DNA of 64,000 bases from an uncultured virus (IMG/VR IMGVR_UViG_3300031227_000030) (Duplodnaviria; Heunggongvirae; Uroviricota; Caudoviricetes): the IMG/VR virus record IMGVR_UViG_3300031227_000030. One strand, written 5' to 3'. This document shows, in pieces, positions 10,225-20,520 of this stretch. The first letter of the stretch is position 1; every line of letters starts with the position of its first letter. Below the pieces are notes generated by a model. The model saw only the letters and a list, made by a program, of their open reading frames with translations. It ran no database searches and had not been told where the DNA came from. Both the position numbers and the translations under genes were made by a program.

Positions 10225-12093
10225 TTAAAATGACCATGTAAACCCAGACTTTCTCTTTAAATTTGAAGCTGGGTCTGCATCTAATTCTTCCGTTGTTGGC
10301 CTAATTTCTTTTCCTACATAAGCCAAAAGCTCTAGCCCAGTTGGAGGCCTTGCTGGATTCATTGGATTAAACTCAATATAGTTAGGATCTCCATTTTTTA
10401 AACCTTTTTTTGCAAAAGAGACCTTTGATTTTATCCTTCCAAATATTTGTATTAAGCAATACCTAAGACAGTCTAAACAATGATCATTCCCTTTCTCAAT
10501 TTCGTCTGAAGGGTCACCTGTCTTCTTTTCAACTTTATGTCTATAGTATCTAATCTCTTCTTTAAGATTTGGACAATCAGAAGAAAAATAAAGATTTGTT
10601 TCTAAAGATCCTGGAATCCTTAACAAATTTCTAACAATTGCTACTCCATCAGAAACGTTTTTGTTTATATTATGTCCTTCTATTGGAACAGGAAGACCTA
10701 TTTCTCTTAGCTGTTTAATCCCCTCTTGAGATTCATAATCTGGGAAAACTCTTTCAATAGGATATATTCCAAAATCTCTTTTTAAGACTTGCCCCAGCTC
10801 TTTGTGGGTTAACTTACTATATACTCCTTCTTTTATAACAAAAACTTTGTCTTGTGGTCCAGTTGCGACTAACACTGCTGCAGCGACATGCCACCCAAAA
10901 TCTACTCCTAAAAATAAAGCCCCACCATTGTCTAATATCCACTTTACAAAATCATCTCGACTTACTGGCTTATCGGAAGGCTCTTCTGTACAAACTTCAT
11001 ACATTTCAGAAAATGTTTTAATATGTATACTTTCATCATACATCGGATAAACAAGACCAATTTGAGAAGGTTTTCTATTTAATCTTTGAGATCTAAAAAA
11101 GATAGTATCATCATGAAGGAAATGGTCTTTTGTTGTCTCTATGGGCTGTAGGTACGGATTGTCACCTTTTTGGCTTATTAACCTACCTAGACAAAAACTA
11201 AAAATTCCACAAGTTAAGCAATTTTCATGTCCAACAAATTTCCTATAGGATAACTTTTGTTTTCTATTTAGAAAAGAGTAATTGCTAGAAGATATTGCGA
11301 TTAGGCTATCTTCATCAACATATATTTCTTGAGTTCTTAGTTTCCCGCTTCTTTTTAGGTGACACTTGTCTGTAGTCTCTAAAATCCCCCATTTATGAAC
11401 TCGCATGGAAGATCTACCTTCTCTAAGTCTTTCTAATTCATGTTGATCCAAAAGCCTTTGGATATTTCCAAATGCAAATTTTCTAGAAGAGATATAAACT
11501 GCTATTGGAAGCTTGCCCTTTTCAGCCGTCAACATACCACGAGATTCATTAAATACGGCCTCATCTGTCAGCTCAACTTCATCTTGAAGAATAGATCCAT
11601 GGAAACTATTAACCTGTTCCATTGTCGCAGAACCAATTTTAAGGATATTTCCATATCTTCCATGGACTAATCCCTTTAGAGGTTGTTTGTTCGCGAAATC
11701 TTTTATAAAAGGTTTTTGAAGAAAATTTAAAACGTATCCCATAACTACCATTGCTTGTTCTTTAATAGCAGCCATAGAAAACCAACTTCTTGTATCATGG
11801 CCTAGTAATAAAGTTTCCACAACAGCCGCACTTAAGCTTTTCATTGAACCACGAGCTGCCATTCCAATAAAATTATAGACAGGGTCAGGGTTTATCCCTA
11901 TTGCTGTAGAATAAATGTCCCAAACAAAGTCTAAAGGAGAAGTGTTCCCTTCATCTATTGGAGTAGATGCTAGATAAACCCCTAAGAATACTCTAAGAAA
12001 TTGGTCTAACTTCTCTTTAGAAGTAATTATTCTTCTAGAAAGAATCTCTAATTGCTGGGGAGTAACATTAACTATCTGTTTGTTTTGAGACAT
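10225..12093 (-). CDS. terL: Terminase large subunit
   Basis: Walker A-like AARGSMKS, Walker B ILQDE, and RNase H-like nuclease motifs GVDFG and NDHCLDCLRY. Confidence 0.92.
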   Translation of the reverse strand: MSQNKQIVNVTPQQLEILSRRIITSKEKLDQFLRVFLGVYLASTPIDEGNTSPLDFVWDIYSTAIGINPDPVYNFIGMAARGSMKSLSAAVVETLLLGHDTRSWFSMAAIKEQAMVVMGYVLNFLQKPFIKDFANKQPLKGLVHGRYGNILKIGSATMEQVNSFHGSILQDEVELTDEAVFNESRGMLTAEKGKLPIAVYISSRKFAFGNIQRLLDQHELERLREGRSSMRVHKWGILETTDKCHLKRSGKLRTQEIYVDEDSLIAISSSNYSFLNRKQKLSYRKFVGHENCLTCGIFSFCLGRLISQKGDNPYLQPIETTKDHFLHDDTIFFRSQRLNRKPSQIGLVYPMYDESIHIKTFSEMYEVCTEEPSDKPVSRDDFVKWILDNGGALFLGVDFGWHVAAAVLVATGPQDKVFVIKEGVYSKLTHKELGQVLKRDFGIYPIERVFPDYESQEGIKQLREIGLPVPIEGHNINKNVSDGVAIVRNLLRIPGSLETNLYFSSDCPNLKEEIRYYRHKVEKKTGDPSDEIEKGNDHCLDCLRYCLIQIFGRIKSKVSFAKKGLKNGDPNYIEFNPMNPARPPTGLELLAYVGKEIRPTTEELDADPASNLKRKSGFTWSF

Positions 12094-12787
12094 CTTCTTC
12101 TCCCTCTACGACAAACTCTGCTTCTTGGATATCTTCTTCTTCCTCTACAACAAATTCCACTTCTTGGGGAACTTCTTCTTCTCTGTTAGGAGCTTCTATT
12201 TGAAAAGACTCACCTTGTTTTGGCTCACTTAAGGACATGACTTTGTCTCCAGCCATTTGGGACAAATCTAACAAAAGATTGTCTAAAGTTTTATCATCTG
12301 CTGGAGTAGCATTTAAAACATTTTGTTGATTGTTCTGTATCTGAACCTTTGCCCCATAAATATTAGTTTGAGAAGATTTAAAAGGCTCTAGCTTCTCCCA
12401 TTTTTCTCCTAAAATTTCTAAAAGTCCTGTTAACTCTCTCAAGTTTTTAGGCAAAAATGCAGGAACTTTTGCTTTTTTATTTTTCATCTTCCTTATTAAA
12501 TAATCCTCTATTTGTTCCTTAACCAAATCATTGCTAACATTTGTCGCATAAGCAATAGTATTTAGCATTTTGGCCTTAGCTTCAGAAATAACTTTTATCG
12601 TTTTTTCTTCAACATTTTCATCTATTTGCTTTTTACAATCATCCCAATTTCTTTCTTTAATTAACCTGTAAATTGATTTAGTAGATATCTCATTCTTATA
12701 TCTTCTTCCAATATCCTCAACAGTCATTCCTTTAATGTAATCTATGAAAACTTCTTGAATTAAATTTGTTGAGAGAACTTTTGGCAT
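12068..12787 (-). CDS. Putative terminase small subunit
   Basis: N-terminal HTH (GMTVEDIGRRY..KSIYRLIKERNW) and acidic tail; overlaps the terL start. Confidence 0.6.
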   Translation of the reverse strand: MPKVLSTNLIQEVFIDYIKGMTVEDIGRRYKNEISTKSIYRLIKERNWDDCKKQIDENVEEKTIKVISEAKAKMLNTIAYATNVSNDLVKEQIEDYLIRKMKNKKAKVPAFLPKNLRELTGLLEILGEKWEKLEPFKSSQTNIYGAKVQIQNNQQNVLNATPADDKTLDNLLLDLSQMAGDKVMSLSEPKQGESFQIEAPNREEEVPQEVEFVVEEEEDIQEAEFVVEGEEDVSKQTDS

Positions 12788-13143
12788 TATTCTTGTCCTT
12801 GTCTGTAAAATTTAACATTTGACCATTCAATCTCGAACTTAAAATCTGTTGCAGAAAGGTAGTCTTTTAAAACCATTCTACATCCAGATAGAATTTTTGG
12901 CATTTTTCTCAAAAGGATTGCCCAAGTAGTTACCCAAATTCCTAGTTTAATTAGTTTATTTTCTTTGTCTATAGCCATTTCAACTTTTTTTACTCTTTTG
13001 TCTAAAGAATAAATGCTTATAACTATTGAATTAATAACAGTTTTTGTTAAAACTCCGTTCTTAATTAACCAACTGTTCCCAAACTTAGAGAGAGTTTCTG
13101 GGTTAAGGTTAGAAGTTTTAGGTTGTTCTTCAACATTCGTCAT
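12787..13143 (-). CDS. Hypothetical protein
   Basis: 118-aa ORF overlapping both neighbours. Confidence 0.55.
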   Translation of the reverse strand: MTNVEEQPKTSNLNPETLSKFGNSWLIKNGVLTKTVINSIVISIYSLDKRVKKVEMAIDKENKLIKLGIWVTTWAILLRKMPKILSGCRMVLKDYLSATDFKFEIEWSNVKFYRQGQE

Positions 13144-13612
13144 AATTAAAATTCTCCAAAAATTGACTTAAAGTCATTATTCCTTTATCTTTCCAGTAGA
13201 TAATCTTTTCTCCTAATTTTTCTTGGTCTACATTAAAATCTAAAATATTAAACATTATATAAATAGCGTCAAAATTTTGAGAAAAAATTAACAAAGGGAT
13301 TCTTTGAGAAGTTTTTGCGTCACTTGATGCTTGTTTCCACCATTTTAAAATTAAAGAAGAAACAGGGCAAAAAATAAGTTCTTGAAGAGCAAAAGAATGA
13401 GTTTTGTATTTTTTACATTCTATTGATAATTTCCATCTAAGTTCATCAATTGGATTATCTACAGTTAAATCTCCTGGCTTAATTGTATGACTCCACCCTC
13501 CACTTAAAGGAGTACGTCTTAAATTGATCCCTGACCATTTAGATAAAAGTTTAGCTATCTTTCTCTCAAAAGTAGATCCCTTTGTTCGGCTATTTATCCT
13601 CTTATTTTTCAT
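13130..13612 (-). CDS. Holliday junction resolvase (Hjc-like PD-(D/E)xK)
   Basis: KGSTFERKIAK...GDL...IECKK. Confidence 0.85.
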   Translation of the reverse strand: MKNKRINSRTKGSTFERKIAKLLSKWSGINLRRTPLSGGWSHTIKPGDLTVDNPIDELRWKLSIECKKYKTHSFALQELIFCPVSSLILKWWKQASSDAKTSQRIPLLIFSQNFDAIYIMFNILDFNVDQEKLGEKIIYWKDKGIMTLSQFLENFNYDEC

Positions 13613-13681
13613 ATGTTTGTCTTATTTGGGCAAATAATTTTTTATTCTATTTTATGTCTAAACCTTCCTGACTTATTTATT

Positions 13682-13691
13682 AAGTCTAGCA
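13682..13691 (-). promoter_or_regulatory. Extended -10 promoter TGCTAGACTT
   Basis: Upstream of the resolvase-terminase operon. Overlaps the inverted repeat GACTTA-N5-TAAGTC. Confidence 0.5.
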
Positions 13692-13722
13692 TATTATTTA
13701 GATAATGGCAAAAAATATTATT

Positions 13723-14007
13723 TTAAAGACTCTTCTTTATATTAAACATATCAAGAATTTCATTAACATGGGGAACTATAACTTTCATAGCACTTGTGAA
13801 TCTGTCTACTCCCCCAATTTCTATAAAAAATCTCTCAAGATTTATCATATCATGGTTAAACTGATTAAATTCTGAAGACAAAGCTTTTACCTCCGAAATT
13901 ATACTAGCCATAGGTGAAGGAGAAGAGTAATTGCTATCTCCAAACATTTCCTCTAATTTTTCAGAAATATTTTCTAAACTCACTTTAATGTTTTGAGAAT
14001 TTATCAT
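13723..14007 (-). CDS. Hypothetical protein
   Basis: 94 aa; start overlaps the SbcC stop region. Confidence 0.55.
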   Translation of the reverse strand: MINSQNIKVSLENISEKLEEMFGDSNYSSPSPMASIISEVKALSSEFNQFNHDMINLERFFIEIGGVDRFTSAMKVIVPHVNEILDMFNIKKSL

Positions 14008-15833
14008 AAAATAGAACTTTCCCCATTTCTTTTCTCGATTTTTATTATTTGATCAAAAAGAGATTGGAACTCACTTGAGTGGTCAACAACTAAGAGATAG
14101 GACCTATCTTGTTTTAGCTTTCTAAGAAGTTGCATAATTTTTTCTTTGCCTATTTTATCTAATCCATCAAAACATTCATCAAAAATAAAGAAAGTAAAAG
14201 GATTATCCGACCTATTAGAAATAATGTCAGATAAAGCTAGATTAACTGCTAAAATAACTCTTCTTTTCTCTCCTCCAGATAAATTAGGAACAGGGAATGG
14301 TTTCCCGTTTATTAAGAATTCTGTACTTATTTTTTGAGTTATTCTTCCAGAAGACAATTCTGATTCTGATTTAAAAGTTAACTTAACACTCTCATTAAAT
14401 AATTCAGAGAGGTATTGGTTAGATCTAAAAGTAAGTTCATTTAATAGCTTTGTAAAAATTTGAGACTTTAATCCTTTTTGACCAAACATTTCTTCTATAA
14501 ATGAAAAAAGCTCTTTACTCTTCCCTAGCTTCTCTTCTTTTATTCCTAAATTACTTAATTTTTCGTTAAAATCAAAAAGATATTTTTGTGTTTCAGAGAT
14601 AAGGTTAAGATAGTCATTGCTTCTAGATGAGATAGTTTCCTTATGATCTAAAGCCTTTTTTAAGTTTCTTTCTAACATTGCTTTCTTTTCTTCTCTGACT
14701 CTTTCTTCAATCTTAGCTTTACTTTTTTCTCTTTCAAAGCTTTCTTTTTGTTGTTCTATCCCTAAAACTAATGACTTTATGTTTTCTTCACCTTTATTTA
14801 GGGTAGTTACTTGCTTATTCAAAACTTCTTTCTGGCTCTCTTTTGAAATAACACTATTTTTTATTTCATTAATCTGGCTCCCTAAAACCTCAAAAGATGT
14901 CTTTTGGAAACATTTTGGACAAACTGGTTGTTTAAAGCTCTCTATATTTTCCTTTTCTCTGTTAAGTTTAACTATCTCAAAATTTAAAGACTTATAGGCA
15001 GCTAGGATTTCTGCTCTTTTTTCAATAATTCTTCTTATTTTATCTTTGTTGTCTTTAAAGGAAACCTCATCTATTTCTTTAAAAAAAGAAGATTGAGATT
15101 GAATAGATAAATCTAATTGGGAAATTTCTTCTTTGGCTTCTGTAATGGCAAAATTGCAATTTAAAAGATCTTTCTCTTTTATCTCTTCAAATTGACCTGA
15201 TTTTTCTTGATATATTTTTAAATCCTTACTTTTAATATCTATTAAACTTAGTATATTTTCTCTGTTTTTTTGAGATTCAAAAATATCATTATTCAATAAA
15301 ACAAGTTTTTTCTTTGCTTTTCCGTTAGCTTCATCAAAAATTCCAACTCCCAATAATTCTGTAAATATGTCTTTTTTAAAAGAGTCAGAAGCATCAAAAA
15401 AGTTAATCATTGAGTTTTGATGAAAATAAACAGAATGAGTGAAAATATCAAAATTAATCTTAAAAATTTTCTCCAATTTTCTTTGAAGATCTTTTTGATC
15501 TTGTCCCAAAATAGGGACTCTATTATGAGACATTGTAAAGATATTGGGTTTTCTTCCTCTAATAATTTCAAAATCCCCTTTGTCTGTTTCCAATGTTCCA
15601 GAAATTTTAAAGCCTCCAACTTGATTAAAACTAAGATCATCTAATTTTGATTTTCTAGGGATCTCTCCAAAAAGAAGATATGAAATTGCATCTAAAAAAC
15701 TACTCTTACCAGATCCATTTGCAGAGTTTTCATCAACATTGACTCCATCAATTAAGTAAAGATAGTCGTCAAAACAAAAAGACATTTTTCGAAAAGACAT
15801 AAAATTTTCTACTTTTATTTTTTTTATCTTCAT
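14004..15833 (-). CDS. sbcC: SbcC/Rad50/gp46-like ATPase
   Basis: NGSGKSS Walker A, coiled coil with CPKC zinc hook, LSGGE signature, FIFDE Walker B. Confidence 0.93.
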   Translation of the reverse strand: MKIKKIKVENFMSFRKMSFCFDDYLYLIDGVNVDENSANGSGKSSFLDAISYLLFGEIPRKSKLDDLSFNQVGGFKISGTLETDKGDFEIIRGRKPNIFTMSHNRVPILGQDQKDLQRKLEKIFKINFDIFTHSVYFHQNSMINFFDASDSFKKDIFTELLGVGIFDEANGKAKKKLVLLNNDIFESQKNRENILSLIDIKSKDLKIYQEKSGQFEEIKEKDLLNCNFAITEAKEEISQLDLSIQSQSSFFKEIDEVSFKDNKDKIRRIIEKRAEILAAYKSLNFEIVKLNREKENIESFKQPVCPKCFQKTSFEVLGSQINEIKNSVISKESQKEVLNKQVTTLNKGEENIKSLVLGIEQQKESFEREKSKAKIEERVREEKKAMLERNLKKALDHKETISSRSNDYLNLISETQKYLFDFNEKLSNLGIKEEKLGKSKELFSFIEEMFGQKGLKSQIFTKLLNELTFRSNQYLSELFNESVKLTFKSESELSSGRITQKISTEFLINGKPFPVPNLSGGEKRRVILAVNLALSDIISNRSDNPFTFFIFDECFDGLDKIGKEKIMQLLRKLKQDRSYLLVVDHSSEFQSLFDQIIKIEKRNGESSIL

Positions 15834-16606
15834 TTATACATCCTATCAGGATACTCCCCTTTTAATGATTTTTTTATAAAGTTCTTATAATCTTCTTTAA
15901 AATCTTGATTTAATGTCCACTGTAAATACTCTTTATCAGAAGATTCACACATTTCTTTCAAAGTCTTTCCACAATTTTTTCCAAAAGCTAGTACTGCTTC
16001 TCCATTAGAATTCCATTTTATTTTTCTTGTTGAGTCTAGGTATTTGGGATCTTCTGATTCAGAAAGCAACCCTAAGACCTTAGTGTCTCTAGGGAATCCA
16101 TATCTTTTAATTTGTGCTGTTAAGACTTTGGCTGTAGCTCTACAGTCTGCTAAAGCATCGTGAGCATCATTGTGGTGTTCATTTAAATAAAATCTACAAG
16201 CTCCTTCTAAGCTTTTAGACTCCATTCTTTTAAACAAGATATATCCGTCTATTACATTAGTGTTTTCAAAGCTTATCTTTGACAGACCAGCTCTTTCAAA
16301 TTCATTGTTTAACAAAGGAAGATCATATTTTAAGATATTCCAACCTGCTAAATCACAATTTTCAAGATACTTAGATATCTCTTCAGCAACAAATTCAAAA
16401 GTTTCTTCTCCAATAACATCTTCGTCTCTAATTCCATGTATTTCTGTTACTTTTTCAGGAATAGGTCTCCCAGGGTTGATTAATATTGATCTCTCTTCTT
16501 TGTCTTTTGAAGATGCTTTAAATTTAATCATAGCTATTTGGACAATTCTATCATTTTTTGTAGAAATGCCTGTCGTTTCTAGATCCAAAAAGACTAAGTC
16601 TTTCAT
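15830..16606 (-). CDS. DnaQ-like DEDDh 3'-5' exonuclease
   Basis: DLETTG, WNILKYDL and HDALAD motifs; C-terminal FGKNCGKTL..YLQW domain. Confidence 0.9.
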   Translation of the reverse strand: MKDLVFLDLETTGISTKNDRIVQIAMIKFKASSKDKEERSILINPGRPIPEKVTEIHGIRDEDVIGEETFEFVAEEISKYLENCDLAGWNILKYDLPLLNNEFERAGLSKISFENTNVIDGYILFKRMESKSLEGACRFYLNEHHNDAHDALADCRATAKVLTAQIKRYGFPRDTKVLGLLSESEDPKYLDSTRKIKWNSNGEAVLAFGKNCGKTLKEMCESSDKEYLQWTLNQDFKEDYKNFIKKSLKGEYPDRMYK

Positions 16607-16634
16607 ATAGTTACCTCCTTTTCTTGAAGTTTAT

Positions 16635-16979
16635 TTATTTTTCATCAATACTTTTTATTTTTTTTCCACTTTTAGTGAGAAATCCTTTATTTTTGGCTAC
16701 CTTCACTCCTTCTCTCTCAATTATCTCAGACATTTCTCCTCTATCTCTCATATGATTATGGGCTCTTTTCCTCATTATTTCTTTTATATTCTTTAATACT
16801 TTTCTTTTTTGAAAAGTTCCCATTATTTCAAAAACAGTTGGCTCATAAGGAAGAGATGGGATTTTTTTTATTTTTTTACTACCACACTCAGGACAAATAA
16901 AATCATTAAAATACTTAGGTAATATAAAAAACTTTACTCCTTTGTTTCCACACTCACATTCATATTTATAGTAAGGCAT
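16635..16979 (-). CDS. FmdB-family zinc-ribbon protein
   Basis: MPYYKYECECG...CPECGS. Confidence 0.8.
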   Translation of the reverse strand: MPYYKYECECGNKGVKFFILPKYFNDFICPECGSKKIKKIPSLPYEPTVFEIMGTFQKRKVLKNIKEIMRKRAHNHMRDRGEMSEIIEREGVKVAKNKGFLTKSGKKIKSIDEK

Positions 16980-18004
16980 TAAACTTCTCCCAATAACCCA
17001 GTAGACATTTTTAAAAGCTCTGTTTTGTCTAGTTTTGTTTTTGATGAACTAATATATTCTTCTATCATTTTTGGGTAAGACCATTTTTCATTTATTTTTA
17101 TGACATTTGCTTCATCTGATATTTTAAAATGTATTTGGAAATCTTCTAAAAATGAAAACTGAGACTTAAGCCAATTCTTCACAGAACTTTTATGAATATC
17201 TTCAAAGTGAACCAAAGAATTTTTTGAAGTTTCGCAATTGAATCTGATTAAGTCATCTTTTCTTATCTCTTTTTCTTTTAAAAGATTATCAGCAATCATA
17301 ATTGCATCTTCGTTTATCTTTAAGTCAAAACAATAATGCTGAGGAATTCCGACTACATCAATTAATTTGATCTTACCTCCACTAATTAATCCTATAACTT
17401 TTTGTTCGTTAGCTTCTCCAAAATTAATTGAATAAGGACTTCCTACATAAAAAACATTCTTATTTTTAGCTTTTGTATGGATATGCCCAGAAATAAATAT
17501 AGTTTTTGAATCTAATGAGTCTAAGTCAATTCCATCAATTATTTCTTTTCCACTTCCATATTTAAACCCAGTAAAGTCTTGGTGGCAAAAAACAAACTTC
17601 CATTGTGGATTCTGGTTAAGAATCTCTTTAAATTTTTGAGGGTTTCTTTGATATGCTAAAAAACCAACGTCTTCTATAGACAAAGCTTTCTCTACAACAG
17701 TGACATTTGAAGGGGTAGATAGAACTAATAAAGCAGATTCATTGCATTCGTTATCAACAAAATCGTGATTTCCTGTAATGAGAACTATTGATAAGTTTTG
17801 TTTTTGACACCATTTCCAAAAAAAATTCTGGACTTCACTTCTTATTACAGCTTTTGTATCATAAATATCTCCAAGAAAAAAGATCCCTTTAGGGCTATAC
17901 TTCTCAATTTGTTTATCTAAAAAGACAAAAAATGCCTCAGAAGTCTTTAAATTAGAAAGAGTTATATGTAAATCTCCCACAAAAATATAATTATCTTTTA
18001 ACAT
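16979..18004 (-). CDS. sbcD: SbcD/Mre11/gp47-like metallophosphoesterase nuclease
   Basis: GDLH, GDIYD, GNHD, SGHIH, YVGSP..FGE. Confidence 0.92.
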   Translation of the reverse strand: MLKDNYIFVGDLHITLSNLKTSEAFFVFLDKQIEKYSPKGIFFLGDIYDTKAVIRSEVQNFFWKWCQKQNLSIVLITGNHDFVDNECNESALLVLSTPSNVTVVEKALSIEDVGFLAYQRNPQKFKEILNQNPQWKFVFCHQDFTGFKYGSGKEIIDGIDLDSLDSKTIFISGHIHTKAKNKNVFYVGSPYSINFGEANEQKVIGLISGGKIKLIDVVGIPQHYCFDLKINEDAIMIADNLLKEKEIRKDDLIRFNCETSKNSLVHFEDIHKSSVKNWLKSQFSFLEDFQIHFKISDEANVIKINEKWSYPKMIEEYISSSKTKLDKTELLKMSTGLLGEV

Positions 18005-18033
18005 GATCTAGGTTCCTCCCCAATACGTATTGT

Positions 18034-18043
18034 TATTTTATCA
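18034..18043 (-). promoter_or_regulatory. Extended -10 promoter TGATAAAATA
   Basis: Recurring motif, followed by the perfect palindrome CAATACGTATTG (18021-18032) and an SD. Confidence 0.45.
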
Positions 18044-18070
18044 ATCTCCTTACCCCTTAAAAAACTCTAA

Positions 18071-20029
18071 TTATTCTTTAACTTCTTCGATATCTTCTTC
18101 AGTTTCTTCTTTACTTTCATCTACCATATAAATCTCTTTCAGATCCTCTAATGAATTCATTTTAGCTTCATACTTTTCCATTAATTCAGGGTTAGAAGCT
18201 AGAACTTCTATTGTCTTGTCAAAGCCAACTGCTATCTTTTCCCCATCATCTCCATAATAAGTATTTCCTTCTTGTTTAATTAACCCAATATTAATGATTA
18301 ATTTAGCAAGTTCTTCTTCTGTGTTTATTACTCCATAATTGTAATGAAGATCAAACTCTGCTTCCCTAGAAGGGATTCCTATTCTATTTTTGACGCATTT
18401 TACCATTACCCTATGACCCATTTGAGAAGCTTTCCCAGTAATTGTTTTAGCCCCTTCGTTGAATATTTTAGTATCTTTTGCCCCTCTTTTTTCAAAAGAA
18501 AGTTCTAGATCTAACGCATGTTTATATGCTTGCCCTCCAGAAATAACGAACTTCTTTCCTGTCCAAGCTGCTGATGGATCCATATTAAGTCTAACTTGAG
18601 AAATAAAAAACCAAGTTATTCCATGTTCTCTACTAGGAGCAGTAATCCACCTAAGAGCTTTCGGTAAGTATTGAGATAAATCTCCCATTACATGAGCTTC
18701 TGATTGTTTAAGCTTCTGTTCTTTTGGTCCTCTCATTGCGTTTACTGAATCAATTACACAGGCTTTTAGATTAAACCCTTTCTTAACCAAAGGAATTAGC
18801 TCTCCATCAAAAAAATCAATAATATCTTTAGGGCGATTCGTTTGTCTTAACAGTAATCTCTCTTGCATTTGTTTATCAGGCATAAGAACATCTAACCAAT
18901 GTCTTTCAAAAGAATACTCTGTATCGAACCAAATTGCATATGCATCTTTGAATTTTTCAAGAATAGACTTTATACAAGAAAGAGTGAAAAACGACTTACC
19001 GCTATTATGGACAACTATCCCATTAGCTACGTAATTGTTGTAAGGATAAAGACATTTTATATCGTAAGTTTCTTTTTCTCCAACATATTCAATTTTTTTG
19101 ATTTTATCTAAGACAGAGATAAATCTTAAAAAATTATGGTTTTTAAGAGAATGAAGCTTATTATGTTCTTTGCCACTCATTTCTACTAAGTTTTCTATCA
19201 CATCATTTGAATGATTTTCGTCTAAATGATGGATATGTCTGTCTCTTGGTAAAATTTTTATATTAGCCTCAATTTCTTCCTTAGAAGCTGTGTTCAAAAA
19301 ACTTATATAATCTTGATAATCTAGATTATTTATAGATGCTTCATAAACCAATCTAGATCTTTTTATTCTACAATACTTATGTTTACCTGAACTATGCCAA
19401 TGGTTTGAAGGATGATATTTGACCATAACTTCAAAATACTTAAACACTTTTTTATCTTTTTTAAAGCGAGTATTGTTATGAATATAAATTTCATCTTCAA
19501 TTTTTAAATCCTTTAAAGATTTATACCCATCTTTTGTATAATATTTATGTTCTAAGGTAGAAATCAACTCTTTCCCCTCAAAAGTTGTAACTTTATAGCA
19601 ATCTTTAATTCCACACCTTACTACATCAGCGACTCTATTCATAAAAATACAACCCGCTTCATTTATCGAAGGAATAAGAAAAATAGCATCATCATTCTTT
19701 TGTTTATTTACATTTGTTCCTTTAATCCCTCCCCTAGACCCTTTCTCATAAATTTTATTAAATCTTTGATATAGCTTTTTAATTGTTCCGCCTTTGTTGG
19801 TTCTAGGTTTTCCTGTGGTAGAGCAAAAAACATCAAAATCTATAAAAGTGTTTTCATCTAAACAACTTTCAACACCTTCCATACAATAAAATCTTCCAGA
19901 CTTTATTCCTCCTCCCATTAGATAATTGACAGAAGGGCTTATTGTTTTAATTATATCTTTAGATGGACTAAAACTCGAAGACTGAACTAAATTCCCAAGC
20001 CCAAGAACTTTTTTGACAAAATCACTCAT
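18071..20029 (-). CDS. recA: RecA/UvsX-like recombinase interrupted by an intein (about 365 aa after splicing)
   Basis: Spliced P-loop GVES|SGKS, FDTEYSF, VIDSV, ISQVR, SGGQAYKH, VKNRIGIP. Confidence 0.92.
   Translation of the reverse strand: MSDFVKKVLGLGNLVQSSSFSPSKDIIKTISPSVNYLMGGGIKSGRFYCMEGVESCLDENTFIDFDVFCSTTGKPRTNKGGTIKKLYQRFNKIYEKGSRGGIKGTNVNKQKNDDAIFLIPSINEAGCIFMNRVADVVRCGIKDCYKVTTFEGKELISTLEHKYYTKDGYKSLKDLKIEDEIYIHNNTRFKKDKKVFKYFEVMVKYHPSNHWHSSGKHKYCRIKRSRLVYEASINNLDYQDYISFLNTASKEEIEANIKILPRDRHIHHLDENHSNDVIENLVEMSGKEHNKLHSLKNHNFLRFISVLDKIKKIEYVGEKETYDIKCLYPYNNYVANGIVVHNSGKSFFTLSCIKSILEKFKDAYAIWFDTEYSFERHWLDVLMPDKQMQERLLLRQTNRPKDIIDFFDGELIPLVKKGFNLKACVIDSVNAMRGPKEQKLKQSEAHVMGDLSQYLPKALRWITAPSREHGITWFFISQVRLNMDPSAAWTGKKFVISGGQAYKHALDLELSFEKRGAKDTKIFNEGAKTITGKASQMGHRVMVKCVKNRIGIPSREAEFDLHYNYGVINTEEELAKLIINIGLIKQEGNTYYGDDGEKIAVGFDKTIEVLASNPELMEKYEAKMNSLEDLKEIYMVDESKEETEEDIEEVKE
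19004..19864 (-). mobile_element. Intein (287 aa) with HNH homing endonuclease domain
   Basis: Starts C56 (CLDENT), block B-like STLEHKY, ends TYDI..NNYVANGIVVHN followed by Ser+1. Internal HNH motif IHHLDENHSNDVIENL..EHNKLH. Confidence 0.93.
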
Positions 20030-20040
20030 TTTTTTCTCCT

Positions 20041-20505
20041 TTATTCTCTGTTCCCAAATTTAGCCAATCCAGAATCTTGATAAAATAAATTATGACAAAA
20101 TTGATGAGCTTTAATATAAATATTTAGCTTTCCTTTTAGAAAAAGGAGAACAGCTCCCCAATTATTTTTCTCTCTTTTTGCTTCAGAATATTCTATCTTG
20201 TTCTCAGCCCAAGCTTTTTTAAGCGCTTCTGTAGTATCTGCCCCTATTTTTTTTAATTCTCCTTTAGACTCTATCAATGCTTTAGAGTACTCAGAATTAA
20301 CAATTGTTTCGCATTTTGATATTTTTATACTTATGGCTAAAATAAGATCATTAAGTGTATTACTTAAATACAGATAATCAGACGCATCTTTTGCGGCTTC
20401 TGCTGCATCATTCTTATAGAGAACTCTAAGTTTTTTATCAAATGTCTCAAATGAAGAAAAATCAACTTTATCTAATTGCAGATTTTCATGCTTTTCTATA
20501 TCCAC
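20041..20505 (-). CDS. Helical protein, possible UvsY-like recombination mediator
   Basis: 154 aa, all-helical pattern, located between SSB and RecA genes. GTG start with SD GGAG. Confidence 0.4.
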   Translation of the reverse strand: MDIEKHENLQLDKVDFSSFETFDKKLRVLYKNDAAEAAKDASDYLYLSNTLNDLILAISIKISKCETIVNSEYSKALIESKGELKKIGADTTEALKKAWAENKIEYSEAKREKNNWGAVLLFLKGKLNIYIKAHQFCHNLFYQDSGLAKFGNRE

Positions 20506-20520
20506 TTCTCCTCCTTTTTT

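Noticed and set aside
11200..11370. Cys-rich insertion in terminase as a possible intein
   Set aside because: No intein N-terminal block or His-Asn terminus; probably a zinc-binding insertion.
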